This document shows, piece by piece, positions 10,996-23,789 of a stretch of 64,000 bases of DNA. The translations under genes and the position numbers were made by a program. The notes beneath the pieces are model-generated. The model worked only from the letters and a program-made list of their open reading frames with translations. It made no database searches and had not been told where the DNA came from. The stretch's first letter is position 1. Each line of letters begins with the position of its first letter. Source of the stretch: Marsupella aquatica (lineage: Eukaryota; Plantae; Marchantiophyta); the NCBI GenBank assembly GCA_973895155.1, contig OZ316896.1, positions 11,150,795 through 11,214,794 on the forward strand, read 5' to 3'.

Positions 10996-11626
10996 CTACC
11001 CTGATCCCCTTATTCTCAATCTGTTCCTAAAACTAATTCAATAACCATGCTGACCCCATTTTGTATATGGATTACTTTTCCTCTTCTACTTAACTCGAGG
11101 TCATTCTGCACTAGTTGTCTGCCACATGGCAAGGTGCTATTGGTCATTCCGCACTAGTTGTCTGCCACCTGGCAAGGTGCTATTGGCCATGCATTGTGAA
11201 AGATCAAGCCGGCCTGGGTTTGTTCTTTTAAACAAGATGAAGAAGAATGAGCTGAGTGTGGAAAAGGAGGGTGCAGCCCTGTTGTCACCCTGTGTTTTCT
11301 AAAACATTCAGGAGGGTGGGGAGGAAGCTGGGTAGGGCCTAGATTTGTCCAACCTGAGGGAGCTGGCCCTGTACTCCCACACTTTTCATACTTTGAAATG
11401 AGGTGGCTTGGGTTAGGGCATTACCGGATGGGGTTTGGCAGGGGGCCAATAGCGCATTGTCACATGGCAGACAACCAATGCAGAATGGGATTTGGTTAAG
11501 TACAATAGTAAGAGTAACCCATATACAAAATCAGGGTCAACCTCCTATTTATAATAAATTGGGGGGCCCGTTTGTAATTATGGTCAATTTGGGGGACAGG
11601 TTAATAAAGAACAATAAAACAGGGAG
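10996..11626. mobile_element. Stowaway/Tc1-mariner-like MITE with long degenerate TIRs
   Basis: Ends are TA|CTACCCTG ... ACAGGGAG|TA. Inner inverted homology pairs about 11050-11188 with about 11444-11540 (e.g. CATTTTGTATATGGATTACT vs AGTAACCCATATACAAAAT; TTGTCTGCCA..TGGCAAGGTGCTATTGGCC vs GGCCAATAGCGCATTGTCACATGGCAGACAA). Confidence 0.65.
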
Positions 11627-13446
11627 TACAATGGCCACACCCAACAACTATACTCTTGGTGTGTGGTAGAATGTAAACCTCTGTCCGTGAGTTGCAAAGG
11701 CAGCTGTGCCTTGGGAGGCTAAACAGGCAGCCTAAGGGTCACCTGGGATCCTGGAAGGCCTTGACTCTGGGTACATTTAATGTGTGGTACTGCACCACAG
11801 TCTTAAAACACAATTGCCCATATCAATGCCTCATTTGATCCCTCACTGACTACTCCTCATTCCTGTCAGTCTCATCATAAAAGGTGGAGTGCTTGTCAAT
11901 AAAAGTTTAATATGCATCATGGAATGGACTATGGCTCATTCACAAAGATACCCTCCAAATCCAACCAGTCCCCCCAAGTCCCCCATGAGCAATATTTCAT
12001 TGCAGGTTTAGAAGCTGGACTACTGCAGACTGATAGAGTGTTTCTCCTTTATCACGGACCCACTGTAGGGGCCCACTGCAGGGACCCCGCCAGTCCCTGT
12101 GCACTGGCCCGTCTTTGAGAGTGTGCTTCTCCTGTTGTAGTTTCCAAATCCCTTGTTTGGTTGCCGTTTAGGGGGCTCAGTTTCTTTTCCTGGTTCCGGC
12201 TTCACCGCCCCGGCACTTTGATCTTCTGGTCCCCTTGGGTGGTGCTCCTTTTTGGGCCCCCCTTTTATATTCTGGCCATTTGAATGGATTTAGTTTGGTT
12301 GTTCGAGGCAAAAAAAAAAAGTTTAATATGCACTCAACCACCTTTTGTGGAGCTCAACCCATTCCTGAACCTCTGAACTGATGATTTAAGCAGGATGACG
12401 GGACTGGAGGAGAAGAAAACTATTTTACATGTTGTACAGGCAGCTCAGGGCAGGTGGTCTGTCTACAAATTTATCACTATGAGGGCATTGTAAGTTTGCT
12501 GAACTGTTCCATGTGGGACAATGCACCGTTTATCAATTGCAAGTGTTACAGTATCGCTATGATGTTGTTCCGGGTTCCAAGCTATAGAGTTGTCAAACTG
12601 GCTTTGTATGAGCATTTGTTTTCAGTATATCTTGAGAGGAGCTTTGGATCGAGTGACCATTTGTTTTTAATAAATATATCTAGCTCGAAAGGAGCTTTGG
12701 AGTTGTCAAACTGGCTTTGTTAAAGCAGTTTGTTTTTTTTATATATATCTTGAGAGGAATATTACAACAGAATTAATCTCCAATAGAAACATAGGACCAG
12801 TTATGTGAGAATTCAAGGGGACTGAGATACCTCAAATGACTGAGGAGATGCAACTCTGGGTGTACTGTAGTTGTTGAAGTTCCCAGTCACATTTCTTATT
12901 AGGCTGTCAAGGTGATTTGTTTTCAATACATTTTTTACAAGAAAGATGATCATTGACTGCTGACTTTAGGTTTCTAATGTTTCGTGGCATCCCTCGAGGA
13001 CCGGTATTTTCTGGATTTTTTTATTAGACATCTTTTGTACCTTAGAAAGGTAATTGATACAGTTATGGATACCTTCAATTTGGAAAGAAACGACCGCTGA
13101 GCATGATTGTGATGATTGGTGATGATTGATAAGATCATTTCAACGCTGGTACGTTGAGCACAGATGATCTGCACCCGGTCCCCTCCCCGAGTAAGAGCGC
13201 TGTCCGAGAGATCACGGTTTCCTCTGTACTCTCCTCAATACAAATATGATGGAGAAAGTAACCAACGACGTTGTGAATGTGAGATCTACACTACGTACAG
13301 AAATTTCTTCCTGGAAAACAAGGGACTTGCATGGATCCATCTAGAGCAATGAGGGAGGACGTTTAACAAATGGCAGGGGAGTCGAGACACAGCTCAATGG
13401 AGTTGGGTCAGTTAGGCATTTCAATAAGGTGCTTCTTAGGGACAGA

Positions 13447-16400
13447 ATGGGAGCAGAGTCGGATGTGGATGAGAAGAGTGACACAGATCCCTGCCTCTGC
13501 GCGTTTGCTCGCTGGGAGACTCTCTTCAAGCTCTGTGTCTCCGATGGTACTGAACTGTGCCGCAGATTGATACTCAGTGCACCAGGGACAATGGGGAAGC
13601 CCGATACTGTAATTTCATCTCCCATTCACACCCTCGTTGGGAAGCTGGGTCTCGACGATTCACGCAGGATAGTGCATTCGCTTAAGGTCGGTTTGGCGTT
13701 GACGTTGGCATCTCTTTTGGTGCTCCTGAAGCGTCCGTATGAATGGATCGGAGAGAATGGCATCTGGGCAGTCATTACAGTCGTGGTGGTCTTTGAGACT
13801 TCTGCAGGTACGTAACTATCGATTGTAGAAATTAAATTGAATTTAGCGGCACTCCACAAGCATCCATGGGTTTCAGCTGGTGTGTGCAATGCAAGTTCCG
13901 CAGTTTTGAACGAACTCGTAGGTGACTCTAGTCGAAATCGCTTTGTGTCCAAACAAGTGCCGAGTCTCCTGATGTGCTTGTAGCAAATCCGGTCGGAATG
14001 CATCTTGTTGTAGAGGCCTTATATGAGTCGCTCGATAACGTGAATACAGGAACAACGTTTGCAAAAGGGTTGAATCGAGGATTAGGAACAGTTCTGGCTG
14101 GCCTCTTGGCTTTGGGCGCAGCTCACTTGGCAGATCTCCTTCCAAGCACAGCAGAGCCAATTTCCATAGGAGCAATGGTGTTCATAACTGGTAATTACTT
14201 TTGCTGCTGGAGCAACCCTTGTCCACCTGTGATACGATCCTACCAATTCGTGAGATTGTACTAACCAGCCGACGTTTGGAACAGTAAACTCAAGCTCCCT
14301 ATTGAAGGCCTAGACTCTAAAGATCGTTATCCTTCCAGTGGCTGCCATGATAGCTTCACAGACGCGCTTGTCTAGCGCCTTCTAGCTGATTTCGCGCTGG
14401 AATTGTGTAGGATGTAATCCATTGTCCATCAACAGGTTTTAGCCCCATTCTGCAATCGAGTCCTACTAGAACGGGATTGATAATCTAGCTTTCGTTGGCT
14501 GTATGTAATTTCCAGGCTCAGTTTGTACGTTCATTAGGGCTGCTCCAAAAGTGAAGAAGATGTATGACTACGGGGTGGTAATATACATGCTCACGTTCTG
14601 CATGGTTTTGGTGACGGGGTACCGCACGGGCCATGAGGTGAAGATGGGGAGCATTCGATTACTCACCATCCTGATAGGTGGTGTCATATGTTTGGCGGTA
14701 AGCTCGTTTGTCTTTCCCCACTGGGCCGGCCGAGATCTTCACAAATTGACAGCAGACAACTTCGATGAGCTGGGCAAAGCTTTGGAACGTGAGCTTACAC
14801 CTTCTTCGCTGCTACCTTCTTGGCATCTAGCGTTATTAGGTGTTGTCTTACGTTGCACTCATCTTTGCAGCACGCCTGGTAGAGATAAACGGAGAGCCAC
14901 ACGCTCTATCATATCCGATGTTTTGAGACACAGTTTGAAGAGGTGTTCCTTCTGTGCATTTGCAGAATGTGTGAAGGAATATGTAACTGGACGAGTGCAA
15001 CTGATTACAAGTAAGACAGTTGCGGAAGATGCTGACCCAATTTACAAGTCTTGTCACAAAGCTGTCAAGTCCAGAAACACAGAAGAAGCCTTGGTAAACT
15101 CCTCGCGCAGCCCATATTAAATCTAGCATGGACTTCCAAAAACCTTAGCTTAGCCATATTTGGCCGTGTCATCCCAGCGTGATTATTTCCTAGAACTCGT
15201 AAAGATTGTGTGCTCACATGGTGAGCTGGGAAGTTGCGCAGGCTGTTTCTGCGAGTTGGGAACCACCCCATGGCCGGTTCAGGTTAGGCTACCCCTGGAA
15301 GCAGTACTTGACAGTGGGAACAATGCTTCGCCATTGCGCTTACAGTGTTCTAGCGTTACATGGTCGCATCCATTCAGAAATCCAGGTACCATTATTTGGC
15401 AGTCTTGCGATTCTACAGGTGCTTTTTAGTCGTTCTTTCTGAATGATTGGCCTATTTCAAGCCTTGGGATAGCCTGTCTCAATCTCTAATCTTGCAGTCG
15501 GTACTTAGCAATTCACTCGACAGAACCCCCAATAACGTTATTCTCACTAGTGACGGTTTGAAGATTGATCCATATACGTCTCTGCAGAACATACTTCGAC
15601 ACCCCAGATGATTCCGATTCTAACTAAGTAGGACGAGAGCTTTCATTCAGAATCTCCTCTTCGTGCCTACTCTGGTCATTTATTGGGCTTTTGTCATGTA
15701 TTCCAGGCACCAAGTGGTCTCCGGATAATCTTCGCCAAAGAGATGCTGAGAGCAAGCCAGAATGCTGCCGGTCTGCTTCATGAGCTAGGTGCTTGCATTC
15801 GTAACATGCACAAACTGAAGAACTCAATAGAAGATGGCCTAAAGAAAAGCTCCCGCGCGGCAGAAGATATTAAGGAGTTGATAAGTGCGCACTCGTATCT
15901 TCTTGCAGCTCCAGAAAGCTGGGCCGCTCTGGAAAAAAAGGTCCATGGCATCAGTGGGGAAAAAACCCGGTCAACATCAGAGAAAGAAACAATCCTATCT
16001 TTGGACAAAGTTGCGAATTCGAACTGCGTTCAAGCAGGACAAGCGGCGCCTGATCAAAATTGTTGCTCCGAGCCTGGGCTCTGTGTTCATGATGACATCA
16101 AGGAAAGCTCACAGGTAAAGCCTGTGCACATTCTCCTGTCGGAAGATTACGAAAGAGATGCTCCCCAGCCAATCTCAAGGAACGAACCAAACACACAAAC
16201 GCTGTTCTGCGACGGCGTAACTGTAAATCTTTCCGACAAGGAGAACAGATCGTTTTCTCGGGAATGCAAGACTGCATCATGCACTGTGTTCGTTAATCAG
16301 CAATCTGGAAGACGCTGGGTTGAAGACATTGCAGGTGCTGCTTCTTTGATCTCCTTCGCCTCGCTTCTGATAGAAACCCTTGCCCGTTTAGACCACGTGG

Positions 16401-16534
16401 TCGACGCCGTGCAGACACTTAGTGAAAGCGGCCGCTTCACCGCTTGTACGTGCGTGGGACCTTGCGCAAGTGTTCAAAATTCGAAGAGGTCGATACACCT
16501 ACCAACAAGCTTTATGCAAGGAGCAGTCGACTAG
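13447..16534 (+). CDS. ALMT: Aluminium-activated malate transporter (ALMT) family anion channel, 6 exons, about 624 aa
   Basis: Exons 13447-13807, 14050-14190, 14516-14788, 14966-15093, 15242-15385 and 15707-16534. All introns are GT-AG and the phases are consistent. Motifs: DSRRIVHSLKVGLALTL, WAVITVVVVFE, KGLNRGLGT, YDYGVVIYMLTF, FPHWAGRDLH, WEPPHGRF, FASLLIE. Confidence 0.95.
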
Positions 16535-17481
16535 CAGCTATCGTACAATCACAGGGAGGTCGAAAAGATGTTTGAATCATGTCTTCATTGAACTTTCATG
16601 GTGTCGAATTTCTAATCCTCATCAAATCTTCAGAGCAGCTGGTAGCACCCCCTTCCTCAAAGAGAGTTCCTCTGCTGGTCGACGGTTCACACTCCCAATG
16701 TGGACTCCCAGCCCCCATGATTTCACCGTGACTACTTTGTAAACGACTCGAATTCAGGAAGTATAACGTCAAATCCTTTTTTTCGCCTGGGTTAGGGCTT
16801 TACTTCCCTGCGATTGTGGGCACCTGCTCTCCGGCCTGCGGCTAGAGAAACAGGGAGGATGTGTGTTCAAGAATGCCGTTGCGTCATTCTAATCTAAAGA
16901 GAAATATATTTGGATGCCTTCCGGTACAACAAGGCCGGGCATGAATTGAGAGACACTTTGGCATGTGGAAGAATCTCGAGCGATTGAAATTGATTGTACA
17001 GCTCTCGAATCATCTGTCCTGAAATGCACAGATTGTATGGATCGATCCAGTTTATATTCTCCAGTACAAGCTTGTCAATGCATGCTGCTTACGAGAAGCA
17101 ATTCCATGTAGTGAATTCATAACATGCAATCAATTGGAACAATTATCCCCCATATATGTTTCTCAAACGGATGGATTTTCGTGTCAGTAGTCCCGTAGTA
17201 ATAAGCAGGTTACCCTGTTTTATACAATATCCATTGTTGACAGAATTCCTATTACGTCCAGAAGAAACGCGACAAATCGTATCGTTAGATTGTTTCCATA
17301 CACACTTTCCACGATTGGCGGTTTCATACCGTATTTCCAGGCCACCAGTCCCTCGAAGTCTTCCTATCTTACTTATCTTGTCGGTCTCCATAGTAAAGGA
17401 GCTCACAAACACGGAAGGACGTTAAATTCTTCGTTCGACGAGATTCGCCTAGAAATCAACTTAGACAGTAGTTCAAATGAA

Positions 17482-17656
17482 CTGCCACCTCTAGATATAT
17501 AATTTACTCAGCAAAATACTGTGCTCATTCCTCAGCAAAAAACTGTGCTCATCAAACAGAAATCAGGAGCTCTGCCCCCTCCAGATATATAATTTACTCA
17601 GCAAAATACTGTGCTCATTCCTCAGCAAAAAACTGTGCTCATCAAACAGAAATCAG
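17482..17656. repeat. Direct tandem duplication with a 90-bp period
   Basis: AGATATATAATTTACTCAGCAAAATACTGTGCTCATTCCTCAGCAAAAAACTGTGCTCATCAAACAGAAATCAG is present twice. Confidence 0.9.
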
Positions 17657-20329
17657 TAGCAAAGATGTCGTGCCAGAGAACGAACGAAACGTGGAACAGA
17701 TCCATGGACGTGAGGAGCTCCAAGGCCAAAGCGGTGGCCGAGCTCTTTGGGGAGAGGCCCTGTGATGATCTACCTGTACTTCAACTATGGTGACAACTGA
17801 GGACCTTGGATTTCTCTATTTGACCAGTATTCGTCGTCAAGTCCTTTCTTTGCATGCATGTGAGTGTGATTTGATCCCAAAGAATGCAAAAGGAAATAAA
17901 ATTGTCATCTGCACATGTACGTGGCTTCTTTAGCACAGCTCCAGGAAAGGGCACTGGATTAACACGGGCATTGACATTTTTTTGGGGGTCATCTCTACAT
18001 GCTGAAGGGAAGGACAATGAAGTGACATGGGCAGATTAAGTCGAAGATAATTCCTCTGTTGCAATGGAAAGTGGGAAAATTGATACTAGTTAGTGTTGGG
18101 TAAGTGAACCTCACCACAAATTGAACTTACGAGAATATCCACAGCTACATTAATCATCATCCCTGAAACCAGCAAAGGTAAGTCTGTCTCTTTCATCCAG
18201 TAATCATGGTCGTTGGTTGACCCTTGCTTGACCCAGCTATTCTGCTGGGCGTTGCTTAGTCTTCTTCAATCTCTGTCTACTTTTGGTTGTCTGGGCCCAC
18301 ATCAAATCATTGGCAAAGGTAGTAGCCCTGGCCTAAGTTTGTAGACCATGTTTTTTTTTTTCACCTTATGATTTATCAGTCACAAAGTAATATGGTCCAG
18401 TCTCACAAAACATTCTGCATGACATTTGTCTCTTTCATCCAGTTTTATTCCTTCCTAGGTAGCTGCAAAATTCAATTGCTCGGCATGCTTCTACAGTAAG
18501 GGTTCCCCTATTCCATATCGAATTGGCTTTTCAATGCTTACTTTTTCTTCTAGGTAAATATTTACATGACCTAGATTTCAATTGGGTCTAATTCTTCTCT
18601 CAACAAATGTCCTTCAATCAATATTCCTTCACCTAGAATTCGTTAAGCAGGTTGGATGGTTTGGCTTAATGCTAATAAACACTGTTGGTGATCTGTCCAA
18701 GGATAATAGTTTTATGATGACAGCCATAAACCACATTCTTGAAGACATAATTATATTGAGTCTTTGTTTTTCTGCCAATCAATTTGTTACACACTGGCTT
18801 TGCCCAGTGGAATTATATAATTCAATACTAGAGTCAAGCGCTCAGGGAAGGCTCTAGAGTGTTGTCAGTGTCAGATGGAGAATGCAGGGGAGCTGTGTGG
18901 GAATGCAGGGTAGCTGTCCATTTTATTTTGACTCAGGAGAAGCAAAGTCAAGGGGCATGAGGCTGGAGCGTTTGTGTTTTCAAGAGACAAGGTTTGAATC
19001 CTCGTCCATCGTGCTCTTTACTACAGCGGCAGTTGTGTATTTCTTTGACTGAAAGCTCAGGGAAGGCTCTAGAGAGTGACACAATTTACAATGTGAGATG
19101 TTCATTGGCCTTTAACTTTAGTGGCATTGTACCACATGAGTCTACGCAGAATTTCCTTTGTCTGGAAGATGAGAACAAGCTCCACCGAGTAGTCTAAGTG
19201 TGAAAGAGATTATTTTCCATACCAGGTGAGCATCACTCCCATCCATTGTATAAGGCCTTCCTAAATTTTGGGTTCCGCACATGAATTGAATTGAGAGCCT
19301 GCCCTTTCTGGCAACAAAAAGGTATTGAGCCCTACTGTACATAGATCAGGATTCCATTCCGGGTCTGTGGGATTTTGTATCAAGTTCTGAAGATATTACT
19401 TTTGCTTGACATTTTAGGATTTGTTGATTATTTTGGCAAGAAGAATTGGTAATGAAGGAAAAGGCTGAGGCCATGGGCCCTCCATGGGAAAGTAGGAATA
19501 GAGGTAAGAATCCACCAGCAATTGAAAGAACAACAAAGCCTGGCGAAATTACAACATTCTGGTTTGGCCAGACAGGTGAGATTGAAAAGTCCTAAATTAG
19601 CCACCAGTTGTAATTGACTCTAAATGCCTTGGCTGTTTATTATTGTTGTTTTGCAGGTTGTGTAGATATGTTACCATGCGTTGGATTGCCTTCAATCCTG
19701 CGGGCAATTCTGTATAGCTCAGAGGGAGAAGGGATGTCGTCCAACAGGCATGCTGACATCAAATGGTTTAAAATATACAGCTGGTTTTCTATCACTTGCC
19801 ATTTGTCATCAAAATTTGCCTTTTGATCAAGTTTTTCATAGAGGCATTTTGCCATCCAGTTTTGCCTAACTTATGTTGTAAAATTTTCTCAAGTAGGCTT
19901 CCTTTCTCTTTACATATTATTTTTATTTTGGGGGATTTACTAGGTTGCCACTCTTTTGGGGCATAATATATACCTCGCCACTGAATTTTTCTATTTATCA
20001 CAATGCCACTCTTTTGGTTTGTGGGTTAAGAAAACTAATTTATGTTAGCTCTTTCACAACCAATGGCTATTATCACACTCAGTTTCCTAACCAAATGGCC
20101 GGAGTCTCCCTCAAGATGACCTTGACTATGAAAGTGAAGGTGCAAAAGCTCGATTGAAAGCTACCTCTTGGGCCTCTAGACTCTAACTCTAAATGAGCCA
20201 GGGCAATAGCTGAAAATGATGGTGCAGACCAAAAAACAGGGATGAGGGCAAGGAAACACAAGGGAATCATTTTTTCAGCAAGCTGTTATTGTCTCTTCTC
20301 CCCTCTACATTTGTTCAAGGAACAAGTAA

Positions 20330-20744
20330 TCAGTCTACTATCTTACTAATCTACTAATAAAGCGCAACTCAGAGCTCCTTTCTAGGGCTAAGGTCTAGAA
20401 TAAAGTCATTTCCTTCTGTAAGTCACAGGAATTGCATTACATGCTTTCTATTGTGCAAGCAACAGCTGCTGGTAGCCAGTTGGTGCTGGTTTGCTGCCTG
20501 AAGGTTGAATGTAAATACGTTGACAATGCCAGCCTTATCTTGCAACAGGCCATGGGCTGGTGGTAGAGCGCAACCGTGGGGCGGGTGAGGTTTCAGGTTC
20601 AAACCTTGCTTGCATCATTTTCTTTTTTAACACTCATCTCCCCAAAAGTGGGGTTCATACCTCTTTAGTGACCTAGGAATGTTTTGATTGCATAGGAGAG
20701 TTAACACACATACTCCCCAAAAAGTGGGGTTCACATGCACCTAG
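20330..20744 (+). mobile_element. Non-autonomous Helitron
   Basis: The 5' end is A|TCAGTCTACTATCTTACTAATCTACTAATAAAG. The 3' end has hairpin CCCCA-AAAAG-TGGGG (about 20715-20729) followed by CTAG|T (20741-20745). A duplicate hairpin end lies at about 20640-20669. The element interrupts an older repeat that also occurs at about 22410-22630. Confidence 0.55.
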
Positions 20745-23700
20745 TGGCACTTGGAGCTTGTGACCGGTCTTTTCGGCTTTTTGGCCTCTTTTCTTGTTCC
20801 CCCTTCATTGGGTTTTTGGCCTGTGGGATATTCAAAGAGACGAGTCCCTGGAACAACATTAAATCTGCCTCGGTTCTCCCGCACAGCCTACCGGAAGAGC
20901 ACCCTGTATTTCCCATTTTTTGCATTACCCTCTTCAGTTTTCAGGCCACAGTACCCGTGCCCCCCTCTCAAGTAGTGACTTTTCTTTTACTTTTACATTT
21001 ATACGGACTTTCAAGTGACAGTTGTTGCAGTCACTGGGGGACGGGAACGACCCTTTATATTCTCATGTTTGCCTGACTCTTAGTAATGGAGAGTGGATGA
21101 CAAAGATTACTTTCTGTTTGTGGTTTGCGACTATGTGTACACAGACCACCTATGATTGAGCAGATTAGAATTGAACTTTACTTTCAATTTTTTGCCTGTG
21201 TAAGCAAACAGCAAATTGTTTGTGCAAATCGGGAGCTGCCGACGCTGATTGGCCTTTGAAAAGTGGGCGACAAATATTGGGATTGGTCTCTCTTCTTTGT
21301 TTTGCCTGTGTTGTGTAGCGACGCAGACACTCGCAACATTGGCCTGAAATTTTGAGTAAAATATGACAGTTTTTGGACTCTCCTGTGTACTGCCTCTATG
21401 TCATATTCAATCTGTATGACATGCAGAGCTCACCAACTCCAGAATCTTCAATACAGGCCGCTTTAAATTGTTCTGTGAACTATGATCGTTGTTGCCCAAA
21501 GATCAATGCTGGATGTTCAGTGAGATTCTTTGTGTGACTTGATGAAGAGAAATTTGGTTAACTCTTGCCAGTCTGGCTTTCGAAACGTGAATACAGTCCT
21601 TCCGAATTGTTTGAATGTTTCTTTCACTAGCATACAGGCGAAGGAGTCAGCTGCATTTTTCAAAGCCCCTTTAAGTTCATTTATAGAGAAGATTCCAAAT
21701 TTTACAAAAGGGAATAATTGCTGAATGTAGATGTTTTGTTTTCAAATAGGAGAAACAACACTAAAGTTACAAAGTTAGGCACAATTACGAGCGAGGCATG
21801 AATGCATTTGTTACCCATCTGGAAGGGGTGGAATACAACAATGAACTGAGGAAGAATTTAGTGGCAAGAGTTTGAGCTCAGGTGATCTTCCACTGAATAA
21901 TAGACCCCTCATAAATCAATGGCTAAGACCTTGACTAAGACTAGACTGGGCCGGATTTAGCAAAGCGGGTCTAAATATCAACTACTCTCAAACAATTGCC
22001 TCCACGGAGTACAAGAAATTTAAACAAGCACTGAGAAACAGATGCGGGAAAAAGGCACTACACAAGAGGGGATAAGAACATGCAATTATGTTAAGTAAAG
22101 TCTCTAATTGAGAGTGAGCCATGGCCTGAAAACTAAAGAGATGGGTGCAAAAAGGGGAAAACGCAGGGTGCTCCTTTGGGTAGGCTGTGGGGAAGTCCCA
22201 AGGTACAGTTATGTTGCTCCAGAGACTCTTCTCTTTGAATTGTGGGATCATGTCTGGTTTCAGCAACCCCTGCTTTTTGGCAGTTTGAGAACAAACTTGG
22301 AATGTTTTTTCATTCACAGGGAAGAGGCTGTAGGAGTTTCTAGTCAATGTGCATCGAGGTACAGGACAACATTAAATGCTAATTCCATGACTCCATGAAG
22401 TGAATGCAAAGTCTCTAAACTATAAGTCTATAACTCTCAACAAGGACAAAAGCTGATGATGACTTTAAGTACCTGGACAAAACTGAAAGTTAAGGTGACA
22501 AAAAAAGGGATGAGGGAAGAAAGGGGATGATGAAAGGGAAACAGCACAAAATTCATTTTTTTTGCAAGACTTTGTTTGTCTTTGTCTCTATTGATATTCA
22601 AGGAACAGGTACATAGAGTGCAGGCTTGGAGAGTGAAGACTCTACTAGTCTCTAGGGTCCCACCAAAATTTGTGTGGATAGAAAGAAAGATGTTTTATGC
22701 ACGTCAGAATGAGAGACATATACTTAATGGGCCTCCAAATGCAGCTTTTTTTCTAAACCAACCAAAATATGCATATTTTTGCCCAGTGGACTCATATTTC
22801 CAGATTCCCTTCCAGTGGACCTCCTGGCCGACTTTGTACATCAATGTTCTTGTGAAAGGGTGTGCATTGGAGTCATCTATGCACTTCTCCATATGTGTGC
22901 CTGGTCTGCACTCTCTAATAAGTGCATAGGAAATTACTTTTGCACATCCTTTTTGTATTGTTGGGTGACACACATTGGACTCCTCATATCCCAGCTTTTG
23001 AATTGCACATTTCAACTGAATAAGTGCATGAAACTACTTTTATGTAGATCTTTGTTGCACTTATTAATAAATGATTCCATGCATTTGTTTGCAATGTTTC
23101 TAATAAGCTCCAAGCTGGTGCTCAAAGTTGACTTCAGGATTCCAGTGGAGCTAGAACTTAACACGTACTAAAAGTGAGCATCCAAGGAAAGATGATATCT
23201 TAGTAAACAATGACATTTTCAATAGTGCATGCAAGTTTACCCAAGCATATTGTCAAAAGTTAGTCTGTCAGACATTGTTTTTTTTATGTTTTCTAAATCA
23301 AGATACTTGAATGGGCACCAAGCTCTTGTCCAAAGATTTAATATGGACGACAATTTTGAGGCCCATTAATGAGCCTCTACCCTTGCTGCCAAATAGTGCC
23401 CTCGGTTTATCACGCCCCACATTTCACATATGTTTTTTAAGTGACAAAGCTCTATGGGCAAACTCCACTCAAGGGGGCAGAGTGTGTTAAAAGAGAAGTG
23501 TTCCTGAATGCCACTACCTTGATTGCCCATTTTTTGAATGTAAATAAAGGTGAGTATATTCAAGCCTCTTGCCTTTTCATCAATTCAAGTTCGATTTTCC
23601 TTTCACCTACTTCAAGCTGGTTTCCTTCTAAACCTTGTGTGTATTAAATTCAGAGACTCACCCTTCTCCAATCCCCTTGTCCATTTGCACCCAGAGTCTA

Positions 23701-23789
23701 ATGGAGAGCTAGACACTATGCCCTGAGCAATATGTTCAACATCGCTATCATATGATTAAATATAGTCCTAATTAGTCTCAAGACTAATA

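Noticed and set aside
22724-23369. TTAA-flanked TIR element (TTAATGGGCCTC / GAGGCCCATTAA)
   Set aside because: The inverted match is only 12 bp, with no transposase similarity and no second copy in the window.
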